DNA of 64,000 nt, taken from Promethearchaeota archaeon (lineage in GTDB: Archaea > Asgardarchaeota > Lokiarchaeia > Sigyniarchaeales > SOKP01). Numbering within the stretch: the stretch's first letter is position 1; each line of letters begins with the position of its first letter. The position numbers were made by a program, and so were the translations under genes. Location: NCBI GenBank assembly GCA_048939995.1, contig JBHLOY010000001.1, positions 128,001-192,000 of the forward strand, in the 5' to 3' direction. The notes under the pieces were generated by a model. It was not told where the DNA came from. It made no database searches and was given only the letters and a program-made list of their open reading frames with translations. Shown here one piece after another: positions 49,651 through 61,537 of the stretch.

Positions 49651-51285
49651 TTATAATTTTTTTATTTTTTCTTCAAAATATACTTTTAACAAGTAGTAAG
49701 GTAAATCCCCACTTCTAAGAATGGTGTCATGAAAGAATTTTAAACTGAAATTAGGTCCCATTATTTCTTCTACTTCACTCAGTAAATCATTAATTAAAAG
49801 TTTTCCAATTAGGTATGAAAGTTGATAAGCAGGTGTAGAAGTATATCGTAAAACTTCTGCCCTAGCCTCAGTTTCTCCCATTTGTAATATATTCATTAGC
49901 ATTTGAATAGCTTCTTCAATAGTACGCTGTTTGCAATGTAATTGGATATCTAAATTGATTCTCATTGCCCGAAAAAGTTGCCCTCCTGTTACTAAAAATT
50001 TGGCTTTATTGAAATCTTTATGAAATTCTTGCTTAAGCATCATCTCCTCACAGTAATGAGCCCATCCTTCTATAGTTTCTAATGCATCACCCATCAATCG
50101 CGTGATAGGAGCAAATTCATTATTACATGCAAAATCTAAATGATGGCCGGGATATGCTTCATGAACCACTGCATTTGCTAATGTTGTGTAAGAATATATT
50201 GTAGATTCTCCTTCATTCTGCGCAGGAGTGATCATATAAACTCCTGGTTGATATTTACTGTAATAGGGCGCTTCATAATAAGCTGCTGAAGAAATGGTTT
50301 GGATAAGATGCGGGGGAGTCTCAATTATTGACAGACTCTCTTGAGGAATGGTAGCTAGATTATGAGATTCAATAAACTTTTTTGCTCTTTCAGCTTCACT
50401 TCGTGCATATTCAAGTACTTCTTGAAAATTGCTTATTTTATCCTGTTTAAAAAATTCTATAATTACTTCGTTAAGTGGCTTATTAGGATTAATTTCTTTC
50501 GCTATTTCGACTACCTTTTTATAGAGATTATTAAATTCTTTGGTTCCTTTTTTTAAAATCAATTTTCGATCCCAAGGAAGTTTCCTTAAATCCAATAGTT
50601 TATCGAATTTTTCGGGTCCTAATGCCCAAGCAAATTCGTCTTTATCTACTGGTAAACTTTTTATCCATTCTAAATGGGGAGATATTGCTGATTCACTCTC
50701 TTTAATTGCATTAACAAGCCTATCTTTAAGATCTGGGAGTACTTCTGATGTTTCACTGTAAACTTTAATAAGATTTAATAAAAATTTAGGAGTCATTTGA
50801 ATTTGCTCTAATGCTAAATCTCGCCATACTATTGGGATAGGAGTCTTGTCAAACCTAGATTGAAATTCTGCTAAATATTTGGGTAGATTTGTTAAATGGG
50901 CTATTATAGCTTCCGCCACATCAGTAGTTGCTCCCTTTCGTTGGAATAAAAGGAAGCTGGTTTCTTGAAAATACTCTAATCCATTGGGGAGTTTTTTCCA
51001 TAAAGGGAAAGCCTCATGCATGAATAAATTGATGTTATGATAGTATTCCAAGGTTTTTAGTGATATCTGGTTTTCAAAATTTAATTTTTCGGTTTTTAAT
51101 TCTTTAAGTTCATTAATCCATTTAGTAAACCAATTTAGGTTCTCTTCTAAGTGTTCTTTTGTTCCCGATTCTACAACTTTTTCATACTCTTCTTTCCCTA
51201 ATTTAACAGCCATTCTTGGATTACGCTTAAAGTATTCCTTCAATCTTCTATCGACTATTTGATCGAATTTTGTATTCTCATCCAT
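49651..51285 (-). CDS. DUF885 family protein (putative metallopeptidase fold)
   Basis: HEAYPGHH, EGWAHYCE, EVLRY...PAYQLSYLIG, FHD.IL..G. Confidence 0.88.
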   Translation of the reverse strand: MDENTKFDQIVDRRLKEYFKRNPRMAVKLGKEEYEKVVESGTKEHLEENLNWFTKWINELKELKTEKLNFENQISLKTLEYYHNINLFMHEAFPLWKKLPNGLEYFQETSFLLFQRKGATTDVAEAIIAHLTNLPKYLAEFQSRFDKTPIPIVWRDLALEQIQMTPKFLLNLIKVYSETSEVLPDLKDRLVNAIKESESAISPHLEWIKSLPVDKDEFAWALGPEKFDKLLDLRKLPWDRKLILKKGTKEFNNLYKKVVEIAKEINPNKPLNEVIIEFFKQDKISNFQEVLEYARSEAERAKKFIESHNLATIPQESLSIIETPPHLIQTISSAAYYEAPYYSKYQPGVYMITPAQNEGESTIYSYTTLANAVVHEAYPGHHLDFACNNEFAPITRLMGDALETIEGWAHYCEEMMLKQEFHKDFNKAKFLVTGGQLFRAMRINLDIQLHCKQRTIEEAIQMLMNILQMGETEARAEVLRYTSTPAYQLSYLIGKLLINDLLSEVEEIMGPNFSLKFFHDTILRSGDLPYYLLKVYFEEKIKKL

Positions 51286-51442
51286 TTTTTACTCATCCCA
51301 ATTACTAAATTAATCTACAATATAAGATAATTTTTGAAAGTTTCAAACCCATTTAAATATTAAAAGCTAAAATTATTTAAAGTTTATAGAAACTGCTTTT
51401 AAATGAGAAAAATCCAGTTAATGCATTTAAGGATATACTAAT

Positions 51443-51649
51443 TTAAGAAAGAACTTCTAAAATTTTTGTTAGTATGCGTGCTTTTCCCCCAGTAGACTGA
51501 AGTAAAAGTTTCCCGCAAACTAAACAAGATACATCTGTCGCGGAACATCCAAATATAATTTGTTGATTTCCGCAGTTAAGACATTTAACCCTTAAAAACC
51601 TGCTTTTTGGACCCGGAATCAAGTCTTTTTGTGCTTTCTTTTTCGGCAT
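51443..51649 (-). CDS. rps27e: Ribosomal protein eS27
   Basis: [15 protein letters not shown].....V.C..CG..L...TGGKA. Confidence 0.96.
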   Translation of the reverse strand: MPKKKAQKDLIPGPKSRFLRVKCLNCGNQQIIFGCSATDVSCLVCGKLLLQSTGGKARILTKILEVLS

Positions 51650-51662
51650 CTTAAATAACCCA

Positions 51663-51944
51663 CTATGCTGCTTGTAATTCTAATCTTTTAACACGATAAG
51701 ATTTAGCGTATTGTTTTTTACCACATTCGCTGCATTCTAATAAAGGTGTTGTCCTTTTATTGATTTTTGCGTTTTTATGAAAGATTTCTTTAGGAAATGA
51801 CCCATATCCTTTTTTCTTTCTTTCTAATCTTCGCCTTCCGTGATTTAGCATCCTTTCTTTTCCTTTTTTATATATGGATACATTATGCTTAGTATGTTTT
51901 CTGCAGTTTTTACAATATCTCTGAACAGTTCGAGGATATTTCAT
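51663..51944 (-). CDS. rpl44e: Ribosomal protein eL42 (L44e)
   Basis: MKYP....YC..C.KHT.H.V..YKKG, GYG, LEC.ECGK. Confidence 0.95.
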   Translation of the reverse strand: MKYPRTVQRYCKNCRKHTKHNVSIYKKGKERMLNHGRRRLERKKKGYGSFPKEIFHKNAKINKRTTPLLECSECGKKQYAKSYRVKRLELQAA

Positions 51945-52040
51945 TTGTATTGACCTTCTTTCTTTAGAATGACATAGATAATTCTTTATAAATTTTAAAT
52001 TTTATTAGTTCTGATTAATTTCTTAATAAATTAGGTCTAA

Positions 52041-53024
<984 letters not shown>

Positions 53025-54929
53025 TCAACTAAAACGAAATGCAGATAACTTAGATTTTGGTAGAACATCAATTACTGTTCTAACTGAATTTTGATTTGTT
53101 AAATTATAATTAAAAATAGCCCCCCCTTTTAGTTTTACTTCGAATTTTTTAAATATTGAAATTTGATTTTCAAGTGGTAAATTTGATTCTGTTCTTATGA
53201 TATTCATAGAATAACCTCTAAATTCTTCTTCTAAACCTTGATTTATTGTACTTATTGGGGGATATAAATACTCATCTTCATGTGGTTGACTCAAGATATA
53301 ATCTTGATTTTCATCTTGAGCTTTTTCATCAACAATTTTATTCATTAAAGAAATAATTTTTAATGCAAATTTTTGGCTTGTGTCAATTCGATCAAGTTCA
53401 ATTCCGCAATGTAATTTAATCGCCTTATTCAGTCCAAAAAAGGATACAGACTTTATAGAATTCCTTAATAAACCCTCTCCTTTCTCATTAAAAAATGATT
53501 CGGTTATCTTATCCCATTCTCTTATTTGATTCAATTTCTTATAAACTAATTTAGATTTAATTTTGTAAAATTCGAATATTTTTTTCAATCTTTCACTAAT
53601 TAAATCATAAAATTTATCGTCATTTTGATTACTTTGTAAAGCTATAGAATGCAAATTGATTAGAATTTTATCCAAAATTACTCTATTGTCTCTAAGGTTA
53701 CAATTATCGTTTGATTTTAAATTAACAATGGAGGAATTCAATAAACTCGAATTTTTATTACAAAATAATAAGGATTTTCTTAATTTGGGGATTATATGAT
53801 GACATAAAAAATCAGAGTCAAGTATATTTAATTTAGAAGAGTCTAATATAACTAAAGGCATATTATTTTTAGCCACAGAATCAAAATGCGAGCTTAAAGA
53901 AGTAAAGAATTGTTCATTTAGAAAAGGTGCATGTTGACATGAAAAGTCTAAAGCCAAATGTGTTTTTGATTTAAAAATTTGATTTATTAATAGGTTAAGT
54001 AATTTTATATTTTTGAAAGGAATAAGCGAGAGAAGATGTTTACTAAAATCTCCTAGAACAATATCTTCTGAAAAAAATGGTTTGAATAACGAGATAACTT
54101 CAAATAACTTTAAAATTATGATTGTAAAATCAAATAAATCTGATACATTCTTGATTTTAATCGAAAGAGATCTCTCAATATAATTTAATATAGATTCAAC
54201 ATTAACGTAGAAACTCAGAGGTCTTAAACCCCACTGGTTTAAATTTAGAAGTACTATATCTCCAGATAAGTATAGATCAGCTAAAGAATTTGGCAAAAGA
54301 TTCAGCAAAAGAAATTGCTCAGAAACATCAGAACCCAGTCTTTTTAAGAATTGAATAGGATTAACCGATTTATCTTCAAATAAAGTAAGTACTTCGTAAG
54401 GAGGTGTTCCCAACCTAGTAAGCTTATGCCTTACTTTTTCCAAACCATTTTCTAATAATACAGCATTAATATATTCCCTCATTAGAGGAGTAGTAAGGTA
54501 ATCTATTTTGGTCTTCGTTAAACGTTCCTGAACTTCAAGTGCAATTTGCTTTGCCAGATATTTTTCCATTGATCCTTCTTTTATTAAGTATTCCTCTATC
54601 TTCTTGATATTAAATGGTTCTTTAGAATACTTAGATGTCCTTATCATAATCGTTTTATTTTGAGCATTAAGAATCTGTTCCATTAAAATAATGTTATTCA
54701 AAATTTTTTTTCCTAAAATACTAATTTGATAACCCTCTTCTATCGATTCTATTAGATCAGATTCCTTTAGAGTTTTTAGATGGAATGATAAATTAATATT
54801 ACTTTGATTTATATCACAGATTTCTCTTTGAAGCATCGAAAAAGATAACGGGATTGAGCTATTATTTAATTTCTTTAAGATATCAATTCTAACCTTCTGT
54901 CCCAATATCCGTAAATGCTTTTCAATCAT
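53025..54929 (-). CDS. ArsR-type HTH + ATP-cone + degenerate class III ribonucleotide reductase (NrdD)-like domain
   Basis: RIDILKKL...LSFHLKTL...LI; IRTSK...EPF...KI...L.KE...LTTPLMREYINAVLLENG; RHKLTRLG.P.Y.V; LLP..LAD..LSGD.; FFGLNKA. Confidence 0.72.
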   Translation of the reverse strand: MIEKHLRILGQKVRIDILKKLNNSSIPLSFSMLQREICDINQSNINLSFHLKTLKESDLIESIEEGYQISILGKKILNNIILMEQILNAQNKTIMIRTSKYSKEPFNIKKIEEYLIKEGSMEKYLAKQIALEVQERLTKTKIDYLTTPLMREYINAVLLENGLEKVRHKLTRLGTPPYEVLTLFEDKSVNPIQFLKRLGSDVSEQFLLLNLLPNSLADLYLSGDIVLLNLNQWGLRPLSFYVNVESILNYIERSLSIKIKNVSDLFDFTIIILKLFEVISLFKPFFSEDIVLGDFSKHLLSLIPFKNIKLLNLLINQIFKSKTHLALDFSCQHAPFLNEQFFTSLSSHFDSVAKNNMPLVILDSSKLNILDSDFLCHHIIPKLRKSLLFCNKNSSLLNSSIVNLKSNDNCNLRDNRVILDKILINLHSIALQSNQNDDKFYDLISERLKKIFEFYKIKSKLVYKKLNQIREWDKITESFFNEKGEGLLRNSIKSVSFFGLNKAIKLHCGIELDRIDTSQKFALKIISLMNKIVDEKAQDENQDYILSQPHEDEYLYPPISTINQGLEEEFRGYSMNIIRTESNLPLENQISIFKKFEVKLKGGAIFNYNLTNQNSVRTVIDVLPKSKLSAFRFS

Positions 54930-55141
54930 AGAGATCTTTTTGTCGGAATCCCAAGTTATTATTAAAATCGTAAGATTTCTTTCAATTTGATTAACTAAAT
55001 TATGAATTTCGCGATATTTAAAAATTTAGTAGAAATACTGCCTAAAACTAATTCTGATAATATCTAGGTGATAATTATAAGATTTTTTACTTTTTAAAGG
55101 ACTAAATGATAAAACAAGTAAATCAAGAAATTTTAAAGATT

Positions 55142-55759
55142 TTAACGTGCTGAGATTGCTATTCTCTCTATTTCATCCTTTCTTTTCACTGCTCTCGAAT
55201 CTTGACTATTCTTTGCTGCTAAAATTAGCTCTTGTGCTAAGTTTTCTTCAAATTGTTTCACATTCGAACGTGATCTAGAGCCAATAGCTTGAACTATATA
55301 TTTGAGTGCTAAATCTACTCTGCGCTGAGGTGATACATCTACAGCTGAAGCATAGCTTATGCCTCCCATCGCGATCCTTGTAGTTTCCTCTCTTGGAGCT
55401 GTATTGCAGATTGCATCAACGAGTATTTGAATCGGATTCTGCCCAGTGGTTAGTTCTATCAAAGTAAAGGCATTCTTAATACTATTTAATAATTTACTTT
55501 TTTTGCCTGAATTATATGAGCTTTTATGTCCCTTTATTTTGCTTCCAATAAAACCAGGTGCTAATAGTCTATTAACAAACCGTTCAATGATGGAAACTCG
55601 AGAGGTTTTCCAAAACCTTTTATGTTCATGTCTGCCTGCTGAGTGAGGAATAATAACCGGTTTTAAATTAATGTATTTTTCTAATGTCCAATCACTGATT
55701 TCTATATCGATATAAGTCCATTTATCAAATAGCTTGATTTCTGCTTTTTGTTTGCTCAT
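55142..55759 (-). CDS. rps7: Ribosomal protein uS7
   Basis: KLFDKW, PHSAGRH, NPIQILVDAI, PREETTRI, DVSPQRRVD. Confidence 0.97.
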   Translation of the reverse strand: MSKQKAEIKLFDKWTYIDIEISDWTLEKYINLKPVIIPHSAGRHEHKRFWKTSRVSIIERFVNRLLAPGFIGSKIKGHKSSYNSGKKSKLLNSIKNAFTLIELTTGQNPIQILVDAICNTAPREETTRIAMGGISYASAVDVSPQRRVDLALKYIVQAIGSRSRSNVKQFEENLAQELILAAKNSQDSRAVKRKDEIERIAISAR

Positions 55760-55770
55760 TGAAATTCCCT

Positions 55771-56205
55771 CTAGCGCATTGGCTTTTCCTTTATACCTTT
55801 GATTAGTGCATCTAAAGAAACCCCATTCACTTTAACAACCTTATAGCGAACTCCTGGTAAATCTCCAATTGAGCGTCCCTTAGCTCCACCAATTCCTTCA
55901 ATGGTAACCCTATCATGCTCCTCAATGAAATTAAGGGCTCCATCGCCTGGAAGAAAAGCAGTCACACCTTTTCCATTCTTTTTTAACTGCACCCTCACGC
56001 ATTTTCGAATAGCAGAGTTAGGTTGTTTACTTTCACGTCCAACTTTCTGAAGAACAATCCCTAAAGCTTGGGGAGAACCTTCAAGTGGATCAACCCTCTT
56101 CTTTAATTTAAGTTTCTTCCGTTTATATTTCGTTTTTGACCAACGGAGTTTTTTTCGATTAGTTCTAAGTTTTCTTGCTGAAAATAGACCTTTAGGCTTA
56201 CTCAT
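55771..56205 (-). CDS. rps12: Ribosomal protein uS12
   Basis: [31 protein letters not shown]. Confidence 0.98.
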   Translation of the reverse strand: MSKPKGLFSARKLRTNRKKLRWSKTKYKRKKLKLKKRVDPLEGSPQALGIVLQKVGRESKQPNSAIRKCVRVQLKKNGKGVTAFLPGDGALNFIEEHDRVTIEGIGGAKGRSIGDLPGVRYKVVKVNGVSLDALIKGIKEKPMR

Positions 56206-56303
56206 ATAAATCGTTTTGAATTATAGCTAATTTTGATATTAATGTAATACAAAGATGAGTATAGCTTTAAACTTAAAATTTTTGGATTAGGAATTTTAGA
56301 CCT

Positions 56304-56777
56304 TTAATTTTTAGTATTAATTATTACATTATCTACTTCAAAATGCCTTAGTACTAATTCTTTTATTTTCCTAATCATTGAACCCTCTTTTCCAATTGCT
56401 TTTCCTCTATCTTGAGGTCGTACTGAAATAATCACTGTCTTCTTTTGATTTTTATTTTCTCTAATTTCTATATTCAGCATTTTGATTGAATTTTTCGAAG
56501 TATTTAATATAAACTGTATAAATTCTTCAAGCTTATCTGACCAAGGGATGACATCAATTTTCTTTTGCAATTTAGCCATCAGATCCTTTACGTGTTCTCC
56601 AGCTTTTCCAATTGCCTTTCCCACATCCTCTTTTTTTACGAGAAATATTACAATCTCAGTATCATTTTCGGGAGATTGAAATATTAAGCAATCCTTGATT
56701 ATAGCCCCTGTAATATTATTAAATAAAGAAATAAGCTCCATTGATTGTCTATCAAATCTAATATTTTTTTTTAACAT
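56304..56777 (-). CDS. nusA: Archaeal NusA (two KH domains)
   Basis: GKAIGKAG and GKAIGKEG; conserved position after L30e. Confidence 0.93.
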   Translation of the reverse strand: MLKKNIRFDRQSMELISLFNNITGAIIKDCLIFQSPENDTEIVIFLVKKEDVGKAIGKAGEHVKDLMAKLQKKIDVIPWSDKLEEFIQFILNTSKNSIKMLNIEIRENKNQKKTVIISVRPQDRGKAIGKEGSMIRKIKELVLRHFEVDNVIINTKN

Positions 56778-56800
56778 TTTTAAGGAATCAACTTACTAAA

Positions 56801-57175
56801 TTAATTTGCCTTTGTTTTTAAAGACGTCAAATCTGAGTCGCCAAAATCATTTATACCAATTACTGACACCATATATGGCTTACCCATAGCAAGACCTAAA
56901 TCCCAAGAAGAACCTTTATATCTATGAACAAATGTTCCATCCTTCATCAACGAAATATAATAATTTATCTGGTCCTCAAATTCCTTTGGGCAATTATTAG
57001 CAATAATTAACATCTTAAAAGGATTTTGTCGCAATTGTTTTAAAACTTGCTCTTTACCATAGATAATTTTTCCCGTTTTATAGACTACTTTAATATTTGT
57101 ATCTATATCAAATTCCTTTTCTTTTTTACGGGATAAATCAATCGTATCGCTAATCTTTTTGCTTTTTTTTGGCAT
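56801..57175 (-). CDS. rpl30e: Ribosomal protein eL30
   Basis: TGK..YG, IIANNCP, YKGSSWDLGLAMGKPY, GDSD. Confidence 0.94.
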   Translation of the reverse strand: MPKKSKKISDTIDLSRKKEKEFDIDTNIKVVYKTGKIIYGKEQVLKQLRQNPFKMLIIANNCPKEFEDQINYYISLMKDGTFVHRYKGSSWDLGLAMGKPYMVSVIGINDFGDSDLTSLKTKAN

Positions 57176-57377
57176 AGTTTCACAAGTAATTATCCTTTTA
57201 ATAAATCAATAATAAGGTAATAAAGTAAATACATTATGCTTTAAATTTTTAACGCTATTTTCTTGAATCGATTTTTTCTTTACAATAAGAGTGTATTATT
57301 AGATAAAGAAACATTATAACAATTAAAATATTTTCTTCAATTTAATTTTAAATTTGATTAGAACTTTTAAATTGGGA

Positions 57378-58583
57378 TTATTTTTGTGATGGATTTAGTT
57401 CTTTCAAAATTCTTAAGTTTTCATCGAGATCGAATCGAACATTGACTCTTCCGCTTCCCATAGGAATTACTTGTCCTATTATTACATTCTCTGGAATACC
57501 CCTCAAAAGTTCCTGTTCTCCGTAAAGTCCTGCATCTAATAACTGATTAACTGTAACTTCAAAAGCAGCTCGAGCAAATACACTTGATTTTGAACCCGAA
57601 ATCCCATGCCTGCCAATCGATTGAATAGAGCCAGTTACACACATTAAGTCAGATAAAATCAATAAATGCCTTAAATCTACATCCAAACCTTGTTGCTCTA
57701 AAACTTTTTGAGATTCTTTTATTATCATATTTCGAGCTGCCTCTATTCCATATAATTTTTCAATTTCATGTATATGATTCGAAACTGTCCTGGTTGTATC
57801 AACACCTTCAATCTGAACAACACTTTGTAAATTGGTACCCTCAGTTTTTATAACCCATTCGTGAGTCTGATCGGTTGGAGTGAGTAACCCCCTTTTTATT
57901 CCTCTTATCCCTTTTACGACTTTTTTTAGAATTTTTTCTCTTAATTTTTGAAGGTTTTGCAAATCTTCAATTCCGGGATCAATTATTATTGAATTTCCTT
58001 CCCGTTTTATTGTTCCTTTTTTCTTATATCTCTTTAAAACTTCAGGAATTTTATCAATTTCAATCCCTTTGCTTTCACAGAGTTCTGGAATAAGATGAAT
58101 TACAATTTTCCAATCAATAAAATCAAGATCAACATCTGAGGCAATCTGTTCTATACGGATTTGCTCAATGCGATTATGAACTTGGATCGCCTTGTTTTCT
58201 GATTCTCGATATCCCTTTTCAAGATAGATATCCATAGCAGGAGTTGCTGGAAATCTTCTAGCATCAACAATCTCAATCAATCTAGGGAGACCTTGGGTGA
58301 CTGAAAATTCTTCTACACCGGCATAGTGAAAGGTTCTTAAGGTCATCTGGGTTCCTGGTTCTCCAATTGATTGAGCAGCAACAGTCCCAACTGGTTCGCT
58401 TGATTCTACAATTGCATTATTAAAATTAATATAAATTTTATTTAATAAGTATTCTAATTGTTCCTCCTCTAAATCTTCATCTTTTATTCTGTTTCTTATT
58501 TTTTCTATCAAATCTAAGGGAATTCCATCTTCTTGTAACTCACTTAATTTCTTTTCTAATAATTCTTTTGTTGCTTTGGTCAT
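57378..58583 (-). CDS. rpoA2: RNA polymerase subunit Rpo1C (A'')
   Basis: [43 protein letters not shown]. Confidence 0.98.
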   Translation of the reverse strand: MTKATKELLEKKLSELQEDGIPLDLIEKIRNRIKDEDLEEEQLEYLLNKIYINFNNAIVESSEPVGTVAAQSIGEPGTQMTLRTFHYAGVEEFSVTQGLPRLIEIVDARRFPATPAMDIYLEKGYRESENKAIQVHNRIEQIRIEQIASDVDLDFIDWKIVIHLIPELCESKGIEIDKIPEVLKRYKKKGTIKREGNSIIIDPGIEDLQNLQKLREKILKKVVKGIRGIKRGLLTPTDQTHEWVIKTEGTNLQSVVQIEGVDTTRTVSNHIHEIEKLYGIEAARNMIIKESQKVLEQQGLDVDLRHLLILSDLMCVTGSIQSIGRHGISGSKSSVFARAAFEVTVNQLLDAGLYGEQELLRGIPENVIIGQVIPMGSGRVNVRFDLDENLRILKELNPSQK

Positions 58584-58594
58584 TTTTTATAACC

Positions 58595-61537
58595 TCATAC
58601 TTTTTCGCCAAATTTTTCTTTTTTCCATTCGAGATATCCTTTAGTGATTTTTCCTCTCCAAATAGCATTTTTTCCCGTCTCTTTCTCATAGAGCTGCATC
58701 TTACTATCTTCATCTAATTTTTCTTTTTTAGCTTCAGGTTCTTTCTTCTTATCAGGTTGAGCCACCTCTTGTTTGGGTTTTTTTGTTGCTTTCTTTGTTT
58801 CTTTCTTAGCTTCTTTTGGTAATTTATTTAATTCTTCCCGAATCTCAGTTACATCCAGAGACTTAGCCTTAAGTAGAAGAACATCTAGATTAACAGCAGC
58901 CCCATGATCAGTCATTTGTGGGTTTACAGAATCGTCACCAAAACTAAATTGAATAATGTTTTTATCTGAATTACGAACTGTCCCATCATTTTCTATAATC
59001 ATGTCTTGCAAAGCATTAACCAATCTACGTTGCATATAACCTGAAGTACTGGTTCTAACTGCAGTATCTACTAATCCTTCTCTTCCACCCATGGCATGAA
59101 AGAAAAATTCTTCAGGATTTAACCCATTTCGATATGAGGATTCAACGAAACCGCGAGATCTTGGGCTGAGATCATTAATTTTGAAGTGAGGTAGGGTTCT
59201 CATACTATACCCTCGATTTATCCTTTCACCTCTGATTGCTTGCTGTCCTACCACAGCAGACATTTGCCCAAGATTTAAAATATTTCCTCGTGCTCCAGAT
59301 TTCGTCATAATAACAGAATGAGCCTCATCTCCAATATAATGAGCTGCTGTTTCTTCTGCCTTTTTACGAGCTTCAGCTAATACTTGTCGAATTCTTAACT
59401 CTAGTGTTTCTCTCATAGAACGCCCTGGAGCTCGTTTTAAGATTTTTGTGTCATTTTCATAAAATGCTTTAATTAACTTATCAGCTTCTTTATCAGCATC
59501 TTCTAAAATTTTCTTGATTGATTTGTAATCACTCCCCTTTACATAAACTTCATCTAAACCCATTGTCATTCCATTCTTACGTATCACATATAAAAGCATT
59601 TTAGTAGCGTTATCTAAAAATATACGTCCCCTTGCATTACCATGATCTTTAATTATTCTTTGCAGAATACTATTCGATTGCATTGCTCCAAATGAATTTT
59701 CATCAATTGTACCAGTTACTAACTCACCATTTTTAATTACCACATAAGCATCATATGAACAATCTTCCTCCTCACATACTTCACATTTTTTACAAAATTT
59801 CGATTTGATTCTAATATTTAAATCGTCAGGTAGTAAGGTGCTGAAAATTTGTTTACCTGAATACATGGGTTCAGGTTCCAGATTTACAGGTTTGAGATGA
59901 TCTAAGGAAAATTCTGGATTAAAATCAAAAACGCCCCCTAAAAATAACAATTTTAAAGTTTCTTTTTTATTATAAAGAGAATCTTTACTTGTAAATTGAA
60001 AAACTGAGGATATAAAATCTTGAATACCGCCTAATATAGGTCCTCCAAAACGAGGTGAAAGAATATGTTCTTGAACTTTTAATAATAATTCAGCTTCAGT
60101 ACGGGCTTCTTCACTCTGTGGAACATGCAAATTCATCTCATCCCCGTCAAAATCAGCATTATAAGGGGGACACACAGTTAAATTAAGTCTAAAGGTTTTT
60201 CCATCCATTATTTTAACTTCATGGGCCATGATTGACATCCTGTGAAGGGAGGGTTGTCGATTAAATAATACAAGGTCACCATTATTTAAGTGGCGTTCTA
60301 CTGTATAACCAGGGGCTAGCATATCTGCAATCATCTGCCTATTTTTAACATAACGCAGATCAATTCTCCTGCGATCGTTTCTAATAATATAGTTTGCCCC
60401 AGGATGTATATGTGGTCCGTTTAAAACCAGTTGTTTCATATGCTCAATGTTCCAATCATTTACATTTGTAGGTATAGTTAAAATCTTTGCTACATCTTTA
60501 GGAACTCCTACATCATTTATACTTATATAAGGATTTGGAGAAATCACGCTTCGAGCAGAAAAGTCTACTCTTTTCCCACTCAAATTACTTCTGAATCTTC
60601 CTTCTTTCCCTTTTAGTCTTTGGGTAAGCGTTCTCAAGGCTCTTCCAGAACGATGTCTCGCAGGAGGAATTCCAGAAACTTGATTATCAAAATATGTAGT
60701 TATATGGTATTGTAATAGTTCCCATAAATCTTCTACAATTAAATGAGGTGCTCCAGCATCAATATTTTCTCTTAATCTTTGGTTAATTCTAATAACATCT
60801 ACTAATTTGTGAGTTAGATCATCTTCAGAACGGATGCCACTATCTAATGTAATTGAAGGTCTCGCACATACAGGAGGAATAGGTAATACTGTAAAAACTA
60901 CCCATTCAAGGCGAGCATTCTCAGGGGAAATTCCTAAAATCCGTAGATCATTGTCATTCATTTTCTTTAAACGCTCGAGTATCTCGATTGGAGTTAACCT
61001 GCGAGATCCTTTTGTCTCTTCTTCTTCATAAAATGTAGTAGGTTTTTCTATAATTATTTTCTTTTTCTTTGCTCCACAATAAGGACATACTTTAGATTTT
61101 CTTGCTCGCTTGAATACCAATCTTGAAACTTCCTCATCTCCCTCAAAAAACATTTTACGATGCTTTACTTGATCTTTTCTAAACCTTTCTTTTTCTTCTT
61201 CTGTTAACATTAATCTGGAACATTCAGGACAAATAGATCTCAATACTTTTAATACTTTTTTTGAATATCCTACATGGATGACTGGTCTGGCTAGTTCAAT
61301 ATGGCCAAAATGACCCATACAATTACTCACTAAATTTCCACATGTTTGACATCTTTGTCCCGGCTCTATTGTTCCTAATCTCTGATCCATTAATCCACTA
61401 GGAATGGGGAGTCCATCCTCATCATAAGTATCAGCAGTTATTATCCTTGCTGCGGACATTTTACGTATTTCATCAGGAGAGAGAAGCCCAAATTTTATTT
61501 TCTCAATCATTTTTGTTCTTGAAAAACTATAACTCAT
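58595..61537 (-). CDS. rpoA1: RNA polymerase subunit Rpo1N (A') with C-terminal extension
   Basis: C.GHFGHIEL, GKRVDFSAR, NRQPSLH, YNADFDGDEMN, SGYMQRRL. Confidence 0.98.
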   Translation of the reverse strand: MSYSFSRTKMIEKIKFGLLSPDEIRKMSAARIITADTYDEDGLPIPSGLMDQRLGTIEPGQRCQTCGNLVSNCMGHFGHIELARPVIHVGYSKKVLKVLRSICPECSRLMLTEEEKERFRKDQVKHRKMFFEGDEEVSRLVFKRARKSKVCPYCGAKKKKIIIEKPTTFYEEEETKGSRRLTPIEILERLKKMNDNDLRILGISPENARLEWVVFTVLPIPPVCARPSITLDSGIRSEDDLTHKLVDVIRINQRLRENIDAGAPHLIVEDLWELLQYHITTYFDNQVSGIPPARHRSGRALRTLTQRLKGKEGRFRSNLSGKRVDFSARSVISPNPYISINDVGVPKDVAKILTIPTNVNDWNIEHMKQLVLNGPHIHPGANYIIRNDRRRIDLRYVKNRQMIADMLAPGYTVERHLNNGDLVLFNRQPSLHRMSIMAHEVKIMDGKTFRLNLTVCPPYNADFDGDEMNLHVPQSEEARTEAELLLKVQEHILSPRFGGPILGGIQDFISSVFQFTSKDSLYNKKETLKLLFLGGVFDFNPEFSLDHLKPVNLEPEPMYSGKQIFSTLLPDDLNIRIKSKFCKKCEVCEEEDCSYDAYVVIKNGELVTGTIDENSFGAMQSNSILQRIIKDHGNARGRIFLDNATKMLLYVIRKNGMTMGLDEVYVKGSDYKSIKKILEDADKEADKLIKAFYENDTKILKRAPGRSMRETLELRIRQVLAEARKKAEETAAHYIGDEAHSVIMTKSGARGNILNLGQMSAVVGQQAIRGERINRGYSMRTLPHFKINDLSPRSRGFVESSYRNGLNPEEFFFHAMGGREGLVDTAVRTSTSGYMQRRLVNALQDMIIENDGTVRNSDKNIIQFSFGDDSVNPQMTDHGAAVNLDVLLLKAKSLDVTEIREELNKLPKEAKKETKKATKKPKQEVAQPDKKKEPEAKKEKLDEDSKMQLYEKETGKNAIWRGKITKGYLEWKKEKFGEKV

